Positions 1 through 11,037 of a DNA stretch of 64,000 nt are shown here, piece after piece. This DNA comes from Zootoca vivipara (Eukaryota), in the NCBI RefSeq assembly GCF_963506605.1, contig NC_083277.1:7812001-7876000 (forward strand), written 5' to 3'. The notes below the pieces were generated by a model. That model made no database searches, had not been told where the DNA came from, and saw only the letters and a list, made by a program, of their open reading frames with translations. The first letter of the stretch is position 1. Each line of letters starts with the position of its first letter. Both the position numbers and the translations under genes were made by a program.

Positions 1-39
1 CAAATATACTCCCAAGCCTCAGCAAAATGCAGAATCAAC

Positions 40-2284
40 TGTGACGGGTATAGGACTCCTTTGAGTTGTTTATGACTCAATTAGGAGCCACTGATTACCG
101 CCCGGCACGCTTTCTCTAGCGCCTCTGCTCCGTAGACCCGGGCTGGCAGTAAAACACACAGCAGAGTTCTTCTTCTTCTCACACACAGCGGAAACTTGTA
201 TAGCCATTGGATAAAAAGCCTCTTAAGAACACACAGAGTCCAAGGTGTTCTAATAACTACTGGAGTTTATTTTAAAGAGAAAATAACAAACAACCTGGTG
301 AGAGCGCAGACATCTTGCAACCGTCTCCCAGGCAAAAACGAAACCAACCGATACACATAGAAACACTTCTGGTACATTCTGTAACATGATCTTCCTCAGT
401 GGTCAGGTGCTTCACAGTACACAGTTAACCCCTTCGGTTACTTGTTACTCCTCACACCCCCTCTCACCTGAACACTGGGGATGGCGGGTATCCAAACTTA
501 CCCCAAAACCAACCCTTCACAGAATTCCCCATGCCGTTGGAAACTCAAGGGTTTTGTGAACCCATCTGCTAGGTTCTCCTGGCTTGGACAATACCTCAAC
601 TTTACCAAGCCTACCTGTATGCTTTGACATACGTTTCGGAAGCGGATGTCTAAGTGTTTGGTTCTGGCCTTGAACTGTCCAGACTCTGCCAGTCTCAAAG
701 ATGGTTGATTGTCGCCCCAAACAGTGATGGGCTGGCTACAATCACCCCAGATTTCCTGGACCAAACATCTGTAGTACTCCAACTCAGTGCATGTCGCAGA
801 CAACGCACAGAATTCGGCTTCCGTGGAAGACATTGCTATTAGGCTTTGCCTGCGCGACCGCCAACCAATCAGGGCATTTCCAAACTTGACTACCAAACCA
901 GTCACTGACTTCCTGTCCTCCTGATTGGCCCAATCAGCATCTGCAAAACAAGTGAGTTGTGGCTCACCTTGTGCTGACATTTCCAAACAATACTCTTTGG
1001 TCTCCTGCAAATACCTAAGCACTCTCTTAATGCCATTCCAAGCATGCACGCTAGGTTTCGATGCTTCTCTACTGAGCAAATTGACTGCAAAAGCAATATC
1101 TGGTCTGCTCCATTGTGACAAATACAACAGACTCCCTAGCGCTGACTGAAACACTTCAGGACTCTCAAACGCTACCTTGTCCTTCACTTGTGACTCTTTC
1201 ACAAAGTTTGTCTCCATGGGTGTTCTGACCCCTTTACAGTCAGACATTCTGAACTTCTCCAGCAAATGTTCAATCTTGCCTTTCTGACTGAGCAAAAAAC
1301 TTCCATCCTCAGTTCTGTCTATCTGCACACCTAGATAAACATTCACTGCACCTAGATTCTTGAGTTTGAACCTCTTGCCTAGCTCTTTTGCAAACTTCTG
1401 CACTTGCATCTGGCTCTTTGCTAAGCAGATCAGGTCATCAACATAGACAAGCAACAGTTCTTGCTGTTCTCCTTCACCTCTGAGATACAGACAACTGTCA
1501 GCTAGACTCTTCCTGAAACCTAGGCTCTTCAAAACAGAATCAAGACATGAATTCCAATTTTTAGCGGATTGCTTCAGACCGTAGATCGACTTGTGCAGCT
1601 TCCACACCTGACCTGGCACGTCACTCTCAAACCCTGGAGGAGGCAACATGTACAACTCCTCCTGGAGGTCAGAGTTCAAATAAGCGGTGTCCACATCAAA
1701 GTGGTTGACCACTAGGCCTCTCTGCGCTGCAGTCGCTAAAAGCATCCTGAAAGATTCCGATCTCGAAGTCGGACTAAAGACATCTGTGTAGTGGATTCCT
1801 TTCTTCTGAGTAAAACCTCTAGCCACTAATCTAGCCTTGTACTGAGGCTCTCCAGTCACTGTGGGTTTCAACCTGTAGACCCACCTACAACTGACTGCTT
1901 TCTTACCTTCTGGCAACTGTGATTACCGCCCGGCACGCTTTCTCTAGCGCCTCTGCTCCGTAGACCCGGGCTGGCAGTAAAACACACAGCAGAGTTCTTC
2001 TTCTTCTCACACACAGCGGAAACTTGTATAGCCGTTGGATAAAAAGCCTCTTAAGAACACACAGAGTCCAAGGTGTTCTAATAACTACTGGAGTTTATTT
2101 TAAAGAGAAAATAACAAACAACCTGGTGAGAGCGCAGACATCTTGCGACCGTCTCCCAGGCAAAAACGAAACCAACTGATACACATAGAAACACTTCTGG
2201 TACATTCTGTAACATGATCTTCCTCAGTGGTCAGGTGCTTCACAGTACACAGTTAACCCCTTCGGTTACTTGTTACTCCTCACA
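40..2284 (-). mobile_element. Ty1/Copia LTR retrotransposon, internally deleted (RT-RNaseH only)
   Basis: 5-bp TSD TCAAC at 35-39 and 2285-2289; termini TGTGA...TCACA. The 3' LTR is 40-456 and a partial 5' LTR is 1920-2284. A polypurine tract (GAGAGGGGG on -) abuts 456. Confidence 0.95.
498..1916 (-). CDS. Copia pol fragment: reverse transcriptase plus RNase H (transposon ORF with no ATG start)
   Basis: Copia motifs KARLVARGF, FDVDTAYL, LHKSIYGLKQS, YVDD, SRPDIAFAV, DADWA, SSTEAE, RTKHLDIR and ADGFTKPL; frame open for 472 codons. Confidence 0.92.
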   Translation of the reverse strand: MPEGKKAVSCRWVYRLKPTVTGEPQYKARLVARGFTQKKGIHYTDVFSPTSRSESFRMLLATAAQRGLVVNHFDVDTAYLNSDLQEELYMLPPPGFESDVPGQVWKLHKSIYGLKQSAKNWNSCLDSVLKSLGFRKSLADSCLYLRGEGEQQELLLVYVDDLICLAKSQMQVQKFAKELGKRFKLKNLGAVNVYLGVQIDRTEDGSFLLSQKGKIEHLLEKFRMSDCKGVRTPMETNFVKESQVKDKVAFESPEVFQSALGSLLYLSQWSRPDIAFAVNLLSREASKPSVHAWNGIKRVLRYLQETKEYCLEMSAQGEPQLTCFADADWANQEDRKSVTGLVVKFGNALIGWRSRRQSLIAMSSTEAEFCALSATCTELEYYRCLVQEIWGDCSQPITVWGDNQPSLRLAESGQFKARTKHLDIRFRNVCQSIQVGLVKLRYCPSQENLADGFTKPLSFQRHGEFCEGLVLG

Positions 2285-4540
2285 TCAACAACATAGACTC
2301 GAATAACAGAAATCCAAAGGGGCACAAAACAAGGATGCCCACTATCCCCCTTCCTATTTATACTAGCCCTAGAACCGCTAGCTATCCGAATCCGTGCAGC
2401 CACAGACATCAAAGGAGTGGAAATAAAAGGCAGAACATATAAATTAGGGCTCTTTGCAGATGACCTAATGGTCACAACATCAGACCCCTTAAACACAGCA
2501 ATCTCCCTAACCAGAGAACTCAACACATTTGCAACGGTGTCAGGCCTGCGAGTAAACTTTGCAAAATCAGAAGCCATGTGCTTCAATACTCCTCCCCACA
2601 CCCAGAAAGAACTCGCTAATATCACCAAAATAAAAATCTGTCACACCAAGTTCAGATACCTAGGGGTACAAATAACCAAAAATCTCAACAAATTATACCT
2701 CCACAACTATAAACCCTTGTGGCGACAAATAAACAAGGACCTAAAGAGATGGAACAACATGAATTTCACCCTCTCAGATAAAATGGCAATGATCAAAATG
2801 ATCACTCTCCCAAAATTAACCTACTTATTCCAAACCCTCCCAGTCTGGATCCCCCCAACCCAACTTCGCAGATGGCAGAGAAAACTACACTCCTTCATCT
2901 TCTCACATAAGAAACCAAGAATAAGCACCAAATACCTGCACCTCCCCACCTCACAAGGAGGATGGGGAATCCCTAACATAGAAACATATTACAGGGCCAA
3001 CCAAATTCGACATATAATCCCATATATACTGGAAGACGAGACAAAACAATGGATACACCTAGAGAGAGACACAATTGAAAGTATCTGCACCACAGCATAC
3101 CCACTCCTCCCAAACAAACTAAGAAAGATCCCCACAACACTTAATAGGTACACACAAACCATGTTCAAAGCATGGAAAACAGAAACGGACAAACTATCCC
3201 CAACCACATCCCCACTACTCCCCCTGGTCTACCATCCACTATTCCACCATGCAGCACAAAACATCCAAACAAAAACTTGGCAAACCAAAGGCCTATATCG
3301 CCTACTAGAATTTTATAAAAATAACACACCTCTGACAACACAAGAAATACAAGATAAACTAGAAGACACCCAAATACCCTGGTTAGCACAACACCAATTA
3401 CATGCCCTTTTGAACAAGCCAGCAATAAAACTAGCAGCAACAAGACCCCTGACACCCTTTGAAAATCTCCTCCTAACAACAAAGGGTCACGGCAAAGGGA
3501 TGGTATCTGCAATATATAAAATACTGCTCCAAAATCCCACAAACCCCCCAGACACAATAAAAAAAACAATGGGAAGACGACATAGGCTACGAGATTAACC
3601 CCACTCAATGGACCAGAATGTGGTCTAAACCCCCCTTTATATCCATATCAGCAAAAAGGAAAGAACTCACTCTGAAAACCATCTACAGGTGGTACCTAAC
3701 ACCACAAAAACTAGCACTAATACACCCAGGAACCTCATCAAAATGCTGGAGAGGATGCACCTCAACAGGCACATATTTCCACATGTGGTGGGAATGCCCC
3801 AAAACCCAACAATTCTGGAGAACAACCGTAAGAGAAATAGGTAAAATAACCCAACAAACATTAGAACTTACCCCAGAACTGGCCCTGCTAAACATCTTCC
3901 AGGACAATAACGCCCATCTACATCACAAAGAACTCATAACCCACTTACTCTCAGCAACCAGAAGCATCATAACCAGACACTGGAAAGACCTGTCAGGAGT
4001 AAGCATGGACCAATGGTACCAGACTGTATGGGAAACAGCCCTACTAGAAAAACTAACCAATAAGTTGAAACTGACACGGGGACAAATAGAAGAAGAGGGC
4101 TTCACCCCAATATGGTTCCCCTTCATCACATACACAGGCCAACAAGACAACGACAGAAATCCACCAACAGCATACAAATCAATTTGGCTAACCTGACCCA
4201 GAACACCCACCCACCCCACTCACATAAAACAGACCACCACAGCCAACCACAAAATAAAACTATATCCTAGGCCAACCCCAACAACTCTCACCACCAAAGG
4301 AAAACAAATGCACAACAAGGAACCTATGCAAGCATTGCTGACAACCCCCCCACACACACATTAAGTAAAACAGAAACATTGCCACACCCCCACACCCCCT
4401 TCCCTTATCTACCACTCCCCCCCTTTTCCTCCCCAATGTCTCAACAATTGAAACTGATCTGTAAAAATGTTATGAGAGACATTGTACACGTCTTTGTAAA
4501 CTGAGAAAACCTTCAATAAAAATATTTTTTTTAAAAAAAG

Positions 4541-4770
4541 AAACCCATGCTGACTTTTAGTGATCACAGCGTTTCTTTCTAGGTGCTCACAGACCGTTTG
4601 CTTAATGATCTGCTCTAGAATCTTTCCTGGTATTGATGTCAGGCTGACTGGGTGGTAATTGTTTGGGTCCTCTCTTTCCCCCTTTTTGAAAATAGGGACA
4701 TTTGCACTCCTCCAGTCTGCTGGAACTTCGCCAGGAAGGAATTTTCAAAGATTATTGCCAGTGGTTCCAG
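4541..4770 (-). mobile_element. CR1 LINE ORF2 fragment
   Basis: Minus strand reads the typical CR1 RT-upstream motif ...PADWRSANVPIFKKGKREDPNNYHPVSLTSIPGKILEQIIKQTVCEHLERNAVITKSQHGF. Confidence 0.85.
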
Positions 4771-4927
4771 GGGCGTACCCAGGATCAAAACTGGGGGGGG
4801 GGGAGCCATGGTTGTTCAGGTTGTGACATTTCAGCACAAAAAAGGCGAATGAAACCAAAATTTTATTATATATAATTATAGCAGTGCTTTATCATGGTAG
4901 TTATTACTTGTTATTAGTTATTAGTTA

Positions 4928-5057
4928 TTGTTGTTGTTTAGTCGTTTAGTCGTGTCCGACTCTTCGTGACCCCATGGACCAGAGCACGCCAGGCACTCCT
5001 GTCTTGCACTGCCTCCCGCAGTTTGGTCAAACTCATGTTCGTAGTTTCGAGAACACT
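4928..5057 (-). mobile_element. BovB (RTE) 3'-end fragment with (CAA)n tail
   Basis: Near-identical to the 3' end of the full-length BovB at ~24203-24330. Confidence 0.9.
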
Positions 5058-5488
5058 TTACGGCAGTTATTATTTGCTTGAATTTTTTTTAATTTTTACT
5101 CTAGTTACATGTCTTATTCTAATATCATTTTTTTGGGGTTTCTCTTTGTTTCTCTTGCTTTGTTTCTTTGTTTCTCTTGCTTCAACCACAGACAGAGCTA
5201 AAGCACCTATTACTGCCTGGCAAAAGCACCCAAAAATAGTGCAAAGTAGGAGCAATAAGGGAGGATGTAATCTCTCATACCTGCATGCTGTTTCCGTGAA
5301 CAGCTATAAGTACAATGCTCAAGTACAGTGGATTTAGGTGGTGTCATAGCCCCTCCATGCCTGCAACAAGCCCCGTTGTGCCTTTTTGAAGCCCACAGCA
5401 GGTGTGGGAAAGCCCAGTGGGGATCATCGCAGGCATGGGAAGGCCCGGCTCTAGATCAAGTACCACTCTACTCTGCCTTGGTCAGACC

Positions 5489-5840
5489 ACACAAACAAAT
5501 AAGGAAACAAATAAGCACACAAACTTTCTCACACACAGCCCCAAAAAGACAAACCAACAGAGTGTCTCCCAAGCTCAGCTCCCCTAACTCACCAGAAGCC
5601 CCGCCCCCTCAGACCATGTGCTCAGGGAGAACACACTTCCAAGGACACCTGCAAGGTCACCGGCTAGAAACACACACACACAAGCCTGGACAGTCACCCA
5701 AATCCAAGAGGCAAAACCCTAGAAAACAAGCACAAGCACACAAACAAATAAGGAAACAATAAGCACACAAACTTTCTCACACACAGCCCCAAAAAGACAA
5801 ACCCACAAAACCAACAGAGTGTCTCCCAAGCCCAGCTCAC
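5489..5840. repeat. ~90-bp direct repeat (two copies, ~5489-5580 and ~5738-5840)
   Basis: cacaaacaaataaggaaacaa(a)taagcacacaaactttctcacacacagccccaaaaagacaaacc...gtgtctcccaagc occurs twice. Origin unassigned, possibly a LINE 5' region. Confidence 0.7.
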
Positions 5841-6081
5841 CTTGTGCTCCCTCCTCAGTCGCTGCACTCCAAACTTCTACCTACTTTGCAGATGTTACTC
5901 AGGGATATCAAGGGAGATCCCTTTGTCCCCCTGGCAGAGAGAAAGACTTCAACTCCCTCCTCTCAGTCATCCCAGGAGCCACCAGGCTTCCCCTTGGCTA
6001 CTTTGGATGTGAGAATTAAAAATAAAACCTACAAGAAGAATCCACAGCTATTTCTCCCCTCAAGATCCAGGGATCTCCTAC

Positions 6082-6507
6082 CTTGTACTCCTCAGAAGCT
6101 TCCTCTAGAGGAATCACCTTGTGATTTTCATGTTCCTTTGATTTCTTACACTCCTCACAGATGGGGTCTTCGTGGACTTTGCAGAAGAGCTTCAGCGGCT
6201 CCTGGTGCTCCTCGCAGACTCCTCCTTTTCTTTCTTCTTCTTTCCCTTCTTGAACACTGAGATTCTTGGCTATTTCCACGAACTTTGCCAATTTCCCGCT
6301 GGGGATGAGGCTCCTTCTCTGAACTGTTTTTCTGCAGTGAGGGCAGGAAGCCTCTGCCTCCGATTCTCCTGAGCACTCGATCAGGCAGGATCGGCAGAAG
6401 TTGTGCCCACACTCCGGGCTGATCATTGGATCCTTGAAGTAATCCTGGCAAATGGAGCAAGTGGCTTCATCACGGAGACACTGGATGTAACCCCCAGAAG
6501 CAGCCAT
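6082..6507 (-). CDS. TRIM27/TRIM39-like E3 ligase copy A, exon 1 only (RING + B-box2, 142 codons); downstream exons absent from the window
   Basis: C3HC4 RING (CSICQDYFKDP...CGHNFCRSC...CPHCR) and B-box2 (CEEH...FCKVH...ICEEC...HENH). GT donor at 6081-6080, the same junction as in copies B and C. Confidence 0.88.
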
Positions 6508-6563
6508 GACTTCCTCACCCCAAACAGCCGAGTTAAGTTCTGCCTTCCCAGTTTTCAGCCACT

Positions 6564-6602
6564 GGGAGTTTCCTTTCCCGGAAATGACTCAGTGATCACG
6601 TG
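6564..6602. promoter_or_regulatory. Clustered immune-type TF motifs upstream of TRIM copy A: kB, GAS, AP-1, E-box
   Basis: GGGAGTTTCC 6564-6573 (matches GGGRNWYYCC), TTCCCGGAA 6575-6583, TGACTCA 6585-6591 and CACGTG 6597-6602, lying 57-95 bp upstream of the ATG. Largely conserved in the paralogs. Confidence 0.65.
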
Positions 6603-7117
6603 ATCTTTATCTTCTTTTTTTAAAAAAAAATATCTCCAGGTCTTTGCAGTTGCTGAATGTTTTCTCAAGGAGCAGCGAATGCTTTCTGATTGCTTCCCAT
6701 GTTTTTCATTACACACAAACACACACACACCTAGTAAGCTGTGGTATTCATACTGTAACATTTTCATTCAAAGGCTTCCTTGTCATATTTGAATTCTAGA
6801 AACTCTAACTGGATGGGAGTTCTGGTTTAGCAAACGGGACTTGATTCTGTGAAGTGAACTCCTAAAAGTCTGGTTGCTAATTCTAACTTAATTCGTTTTT
6901 AGCATGCTGGTTAAAGAACTTCAGATTGCAACAGACACTTTCAGCATTGCCAACCTGGTGTCCTCTGTTTGCTTCAGACTACAACTCCCATCCAGTGGTG
7001 GAGCATGTGCCCGCACTGCCCAGGTATAAATAAATCATCATCATCCTCCACCTAGTTCAGTGTTGTCAACAATGACTGACAGCAGCTCTCTAGGGTGATA
7101 GACAGGAAGCTTTTCCT

Positions 7118-7172
7118 GAGACGGTAGAGCATGAGACTCTTAATCACAGGATCATGGGTTCAAGTCCCACTT
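7118..7172 (+). mobile_element. tRNA-Lys(CTT)-derived SINE head, degenerate
   Basis: cggtagagcatgagactcttaatcacaggatcatgggttcaagtcccac resembles tRNA-Lys-CTT but lacks an acceptor stem. Confidence 0.7.
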
Positions 7173-9030
7173 TAGTGTGAATGTGCTCCTCAAACTCTTT
7201 CTTTGAACACAGGCATCTGTTTATGAGGAAATAAGAATGAAGTTTCAAAGATCAACGAAAAGCAAGCTAAAATAGGTGACATAAAAGGAAAGGGGAATGA
7301 GGAGGGAGGAGGAAAGGAATAAGCTCAGTTACTAGTTCTTAAAGTTATAATGACCAGTTGGGGTAGAAACAGTGCAGGGAGCTTGATGGAGTGACTGTTA
7401 CTAGGTGTTAGCATAATATTCTAACACTAGGTGACACTTGCGGAAGAGCCCAAGGTAGCTCTGAGCCGCAGTGATTGAATACCGCTTATTAGTTTCTCTC
7501 TCTGCTCTGCAACCTCATGGAATATTGGCATTTGCTCAGTTCTATGTATGCCTATTTCCAGCATGGCCTACTTTAAAAAGGGTTCAATCTAAGCACTGAT
7601 GTTTCACCCATTGTGTCATTTAAAGTCACACTGTGTTGTGCACCTTCAAACAGCATTCTTGAACATGCTTATTGCTCCCATTGTTTTTCTGCATTCTGAC
7701 TGCCAATGTGTTAGGGACACAGCCAACAACATTCGTGGTTTTCTGGGGGGGCGGGGGCATTGTACATTCTAGGCAAAAAGGCCACTCATGTCAGCTTATA
7801 CCTTGGGTTCCCAATGTGGCCTTTGGCCCCTTCCACTTGTAATGAGGGTTGCTTTTTTCCACTGAGGATGGTGTGGAAGGGGCTGGAAAGTGGTGTGTAG
7901 GCATCTAGGGACACATTTCCCCAGAGTGTCTCTAGGTCCCACATGTGGCCCATAGAGAAAGAATATGGGGCAGACAAGCTAGAGGCCACCAGCATCCTGC
8001 TCGGATCCAGAACATTCAAATGCAGCTTATTTTTATGCTCCTCCCTGTGCTGTAGGGGGGTCCCTCCAAGAACTGATGACGGCCGATGTGGCGAGTTACA
8101 CCGGTAAAGGGTCCCCGGACATTTGACGGTCTATTGACCCAATACCTCCCTCGCCTATTTCTTCCCTTTGCTGCCACCAACCAGTATATCTGTGTACTGG
8201 TACACAATTGATTTGAACTCAGTCAGTTGAACAGTGAACAAAACAAATAAGTTTATTTATTGTGCAGATCTTACAAGCATATCAATTCTTATTGGTTTCT
8301 CAGTTATGTTCACTTTAAGCTTAACCGTTAGACTTAGTTCTCCCCGTTCTCCCTGACTGAAATTCTCTTCTTAACTCTTATAGATTCTGCCCCACCGCTC
8401 ACCTCTCTAGCTTCTCTCTCTATTTCAAAATCCTCTCTACCTCTCTCATCAAATCCACCTCAACTCAACTCCTTCGCTCGCCTTGTGTTGCACACCTTTC
8501 CTGCTGCTCTAAGCATGTGTTGCCTGTTGGCAGTGGGGGTGGGCAGTGGGCAGTACCCCCATCTCAGGGTGCCCAGGGCAAGGGGTGCCTGTGCCAATAC
8601 CAAGGAACAGGGGAAGGTGCTGGAGGTGACCGAAGGCAAGTGATGAAACCAAACCAAATGTGGAGGTGATCATGGCTTATCTGCCCCTCCCCAAGAAAAA
8701 AAGGTTTATTCAAGTTGGCGCCCATGCTTGTAAAATCGGTTGCTGGAGGCTGCAGGGCAGGGAGGGGGAGAGGCTGGTTTTGCTCTCTGGTCCTACTTGC
8801 AGGTTTTCCACAAGAGGGGTCTGGGTGACCCCTCTTGGGTGCTGGACCAAATGGGCCCCTTTTGTGTCCTTCCACAGGGTGAGAGGAGGCTCACAGGGAA
8901 ACATAGGATGACACACAAACCAACATATAGGGGATGGAGCAAGGGGAGGTGTCCCTCAGGCAGGTGGGGGGGGGAGGAAGGTGCATGAATTTTCACAGCT
9001 GGATAAGGTCTTGTGGGGAGAGGAAGGTTT

Positions 9031-9156
9031 CCTAGAATTGCAGAGTTGTGAGGGGCTCTGAGGGTCATCTAGTTCCACCCCTGGCAGTGCAGGAAACATT
9101 TGTCGAACGTGGGGCTCAAACTCACAACCCTGGGATTAAGAGTCTCATCCACTGCC
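9031..9156 (-). mobile_element. tRNA-Lys-derived SINE with CR1-like tail (paralogous copy ~31556-31680)
   Basis: Minus strand: gagactcttaatcccagggttgtgagtttgagccccacgtt head followed by a CR1-type tail (ctagatgaccctc...aactctgcaattcta). Confidence 0.75.
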
Positions 9157-9439
9157 AATTCAGACACGATTGAAGGTGAGGAAATTTATTAGGGCTCCTA
9201 AAAGTGTGACTGTCCTAAAAGTGTGACTGCAGAGGGAATACTGGGGAAAGGAACATGTAAAGCAAGAGCAAACCCATTTTTGTTTTGTTATTTCTGCTGA
9301 TTTTGACTGGAATGAATTCTCTCAAAGGTCCCCTTGAAAAACTGCCCAATGTGCTCTTGGCGGGTAGATGTTTTTTATATCGGTCACTCTGGTCTGGAGA
9401 GAAACTCCCAACAGGGCCTGAGAGGCAGATTTAGTCTCC

Positions 9440-10383
9440 TCAGGAGATACTGAGGGGAGTTTTATTTCCCCACAGACAAAAGAAAGGGAGGAGGGTCTCT
9501 CCAGAGAACGAGGCTCCTGAGAACGTGTAGAGTTCGGCTCCTGAGTCTGCGTCAGAAAAAGACACACGTCCCCCTTCATAGTCCAGAGTCACCCGGATCC
9601 TCCTGGGCTTCAGGGACAGAAGAGAGAAATCAGGGGAGGTGCGGACCCTGAACTCATCTCCCCTCTTCCACACAGCCCAGAACCCCTCCTCAGGGCATAT
9701 GCAGATGATGCCCTTTCTCTCCACAGACTTCCTGGCGACCCCCACTTCCCACCATTCCCCACTTTCCACATTGACTTCCCAGAAATGTCTCCCTGCTGTG
9801 AATCCCTCACGTCCCAACACACAAGGCCAGTTGCTGAATCTCTCAGGATTGTTGGGCAGGTCTTGCTTTTCGTCTCTATATCTCACACTTTTCCGATCCT
9901 CGGACAGGATGAGCCAGGGATGGGCTGTGTCTGGATCCAGAGTAACATTTGCTGTTGGGGAGAAGATGAGGGAAAGAGAAGATTAGGCAGAGTCATCCAT
10001 GAGACAGAAACAGACATCTTCTTAAAAAAACAACAACCCAAAACCCCAGATTCCCTTTCAGATAATTGGGATTTCTTTGCATCACTTGCAAGACTGAGAC
10101 TCCTTGCAGACTTTCATCAGAATAAATATCTTCCTTGTTGGTTTTTAAATCAGTTTTCTTCACTTATTTGATGTGTATTGTGTCTGCCCTCCTCTCAACC
10201 CAGGCATTTTCTAAGAGGAAAAACCACCCATTAAACCTTTTACTCAGCTCTTCTGTGTTAGTGAAGGAGAAAGAGAGGAGAATTGGAGGCGGCAGGAGAG
10301 GAGAGAAGCTGCTTTCCTCTGACAATCTCTGTGAGAATTGGCCTTTGGGGACCTCTGGGTTGGGGTGGGGGTGGGACCCCCCT

Positions 10384-10428
<45 letters not shown>

Positions 10429-10996
10429 TCGCATTTGCCTACTGCCCTTCATCCATAGGTCTCACGGTGGTTCACAGCATAAAAATACAACACAAAACAA
10501 CATATAGGCATCCCGCTCACTTTCACGGGGGTCATGTTCTGGGCCCACAAGTGAAAATCACACTAAGTGAGGAGCCTGTTTATTCCTGCTCTCCATCTCT
10601 CTCACCCACTTGGTCTCTCCTTGTCTTCCTACCATCTTGGAAGTTTAGGGCTTGCCGTCAGGGAAGAGGAGCAAGGTGGCAGGGCAATTTTACAAAGGAC
10701 TACTTATTCCATGATTCTCTTTTGGATTTAACATATAGCAGAAGACTAGTTCCCTGGGGGAAGGGGGGAATAACTCAAAAGGTTACCAGTTAGGGGCTTA
10801 GACAGTCATGATGCGCAAGTGTAGAGTTGCTGTATTCTGAAGAGCAAAAAAGAGGACACATTTGCCAACTTCTACTCTTAACCATGGATCGCTATGACGA
10901 CACTCATTTTAAATACCCCTACTCTATATAGACTTTCAAAGCTGTGATATATTGCTAGTAGCAATGTTCTGAACTTTCAATAATAATAATAATACC

Positions 10997-11037
<41 letters not shown>

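Larger units (their letters stand above)
1..4540 (+). mobile_element. L1-clade LINE: 3' part of ORF2 (RT and C-terminal domain), 3' UTR and A-rich tail; frameshifted and interrupted by a Copia element
   Basis: Bases 1-39 read QIYSQASAKCRIN. After the Copia the frame resumes with EIQRGTKQGCPLSP, then the RT motif LFADD (ORF 2417-3598) and the Cys-rich C-terminus KCWRGC...YFHMWWECP (ORF 3618-4196). Frameshifts lie near 2300 and 3565. AATAAA and an A-rich tail are at ~4515-4540. Confidence 0.93.

Noticed and set aside
7118-7172. tRNA-Lys(CTT)-like sequences (also ~9031, ~31556, ~47218)
   Set aside because: Acceptor stems are incomplete or mutated and the longer copies carry CR1-like tails, so these are SINE heads, not tRNA genes.
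7400-8980. Short ORFs between TRIM copies A and B
   Set aside because: No domain similarity, splice structure or paralogous conservation is visible.
10258-10793. Poly-Tyr, poly-Asn and poly-Ile ORFs
   Set aside because: Translations of a (TAA)n microsatellite.
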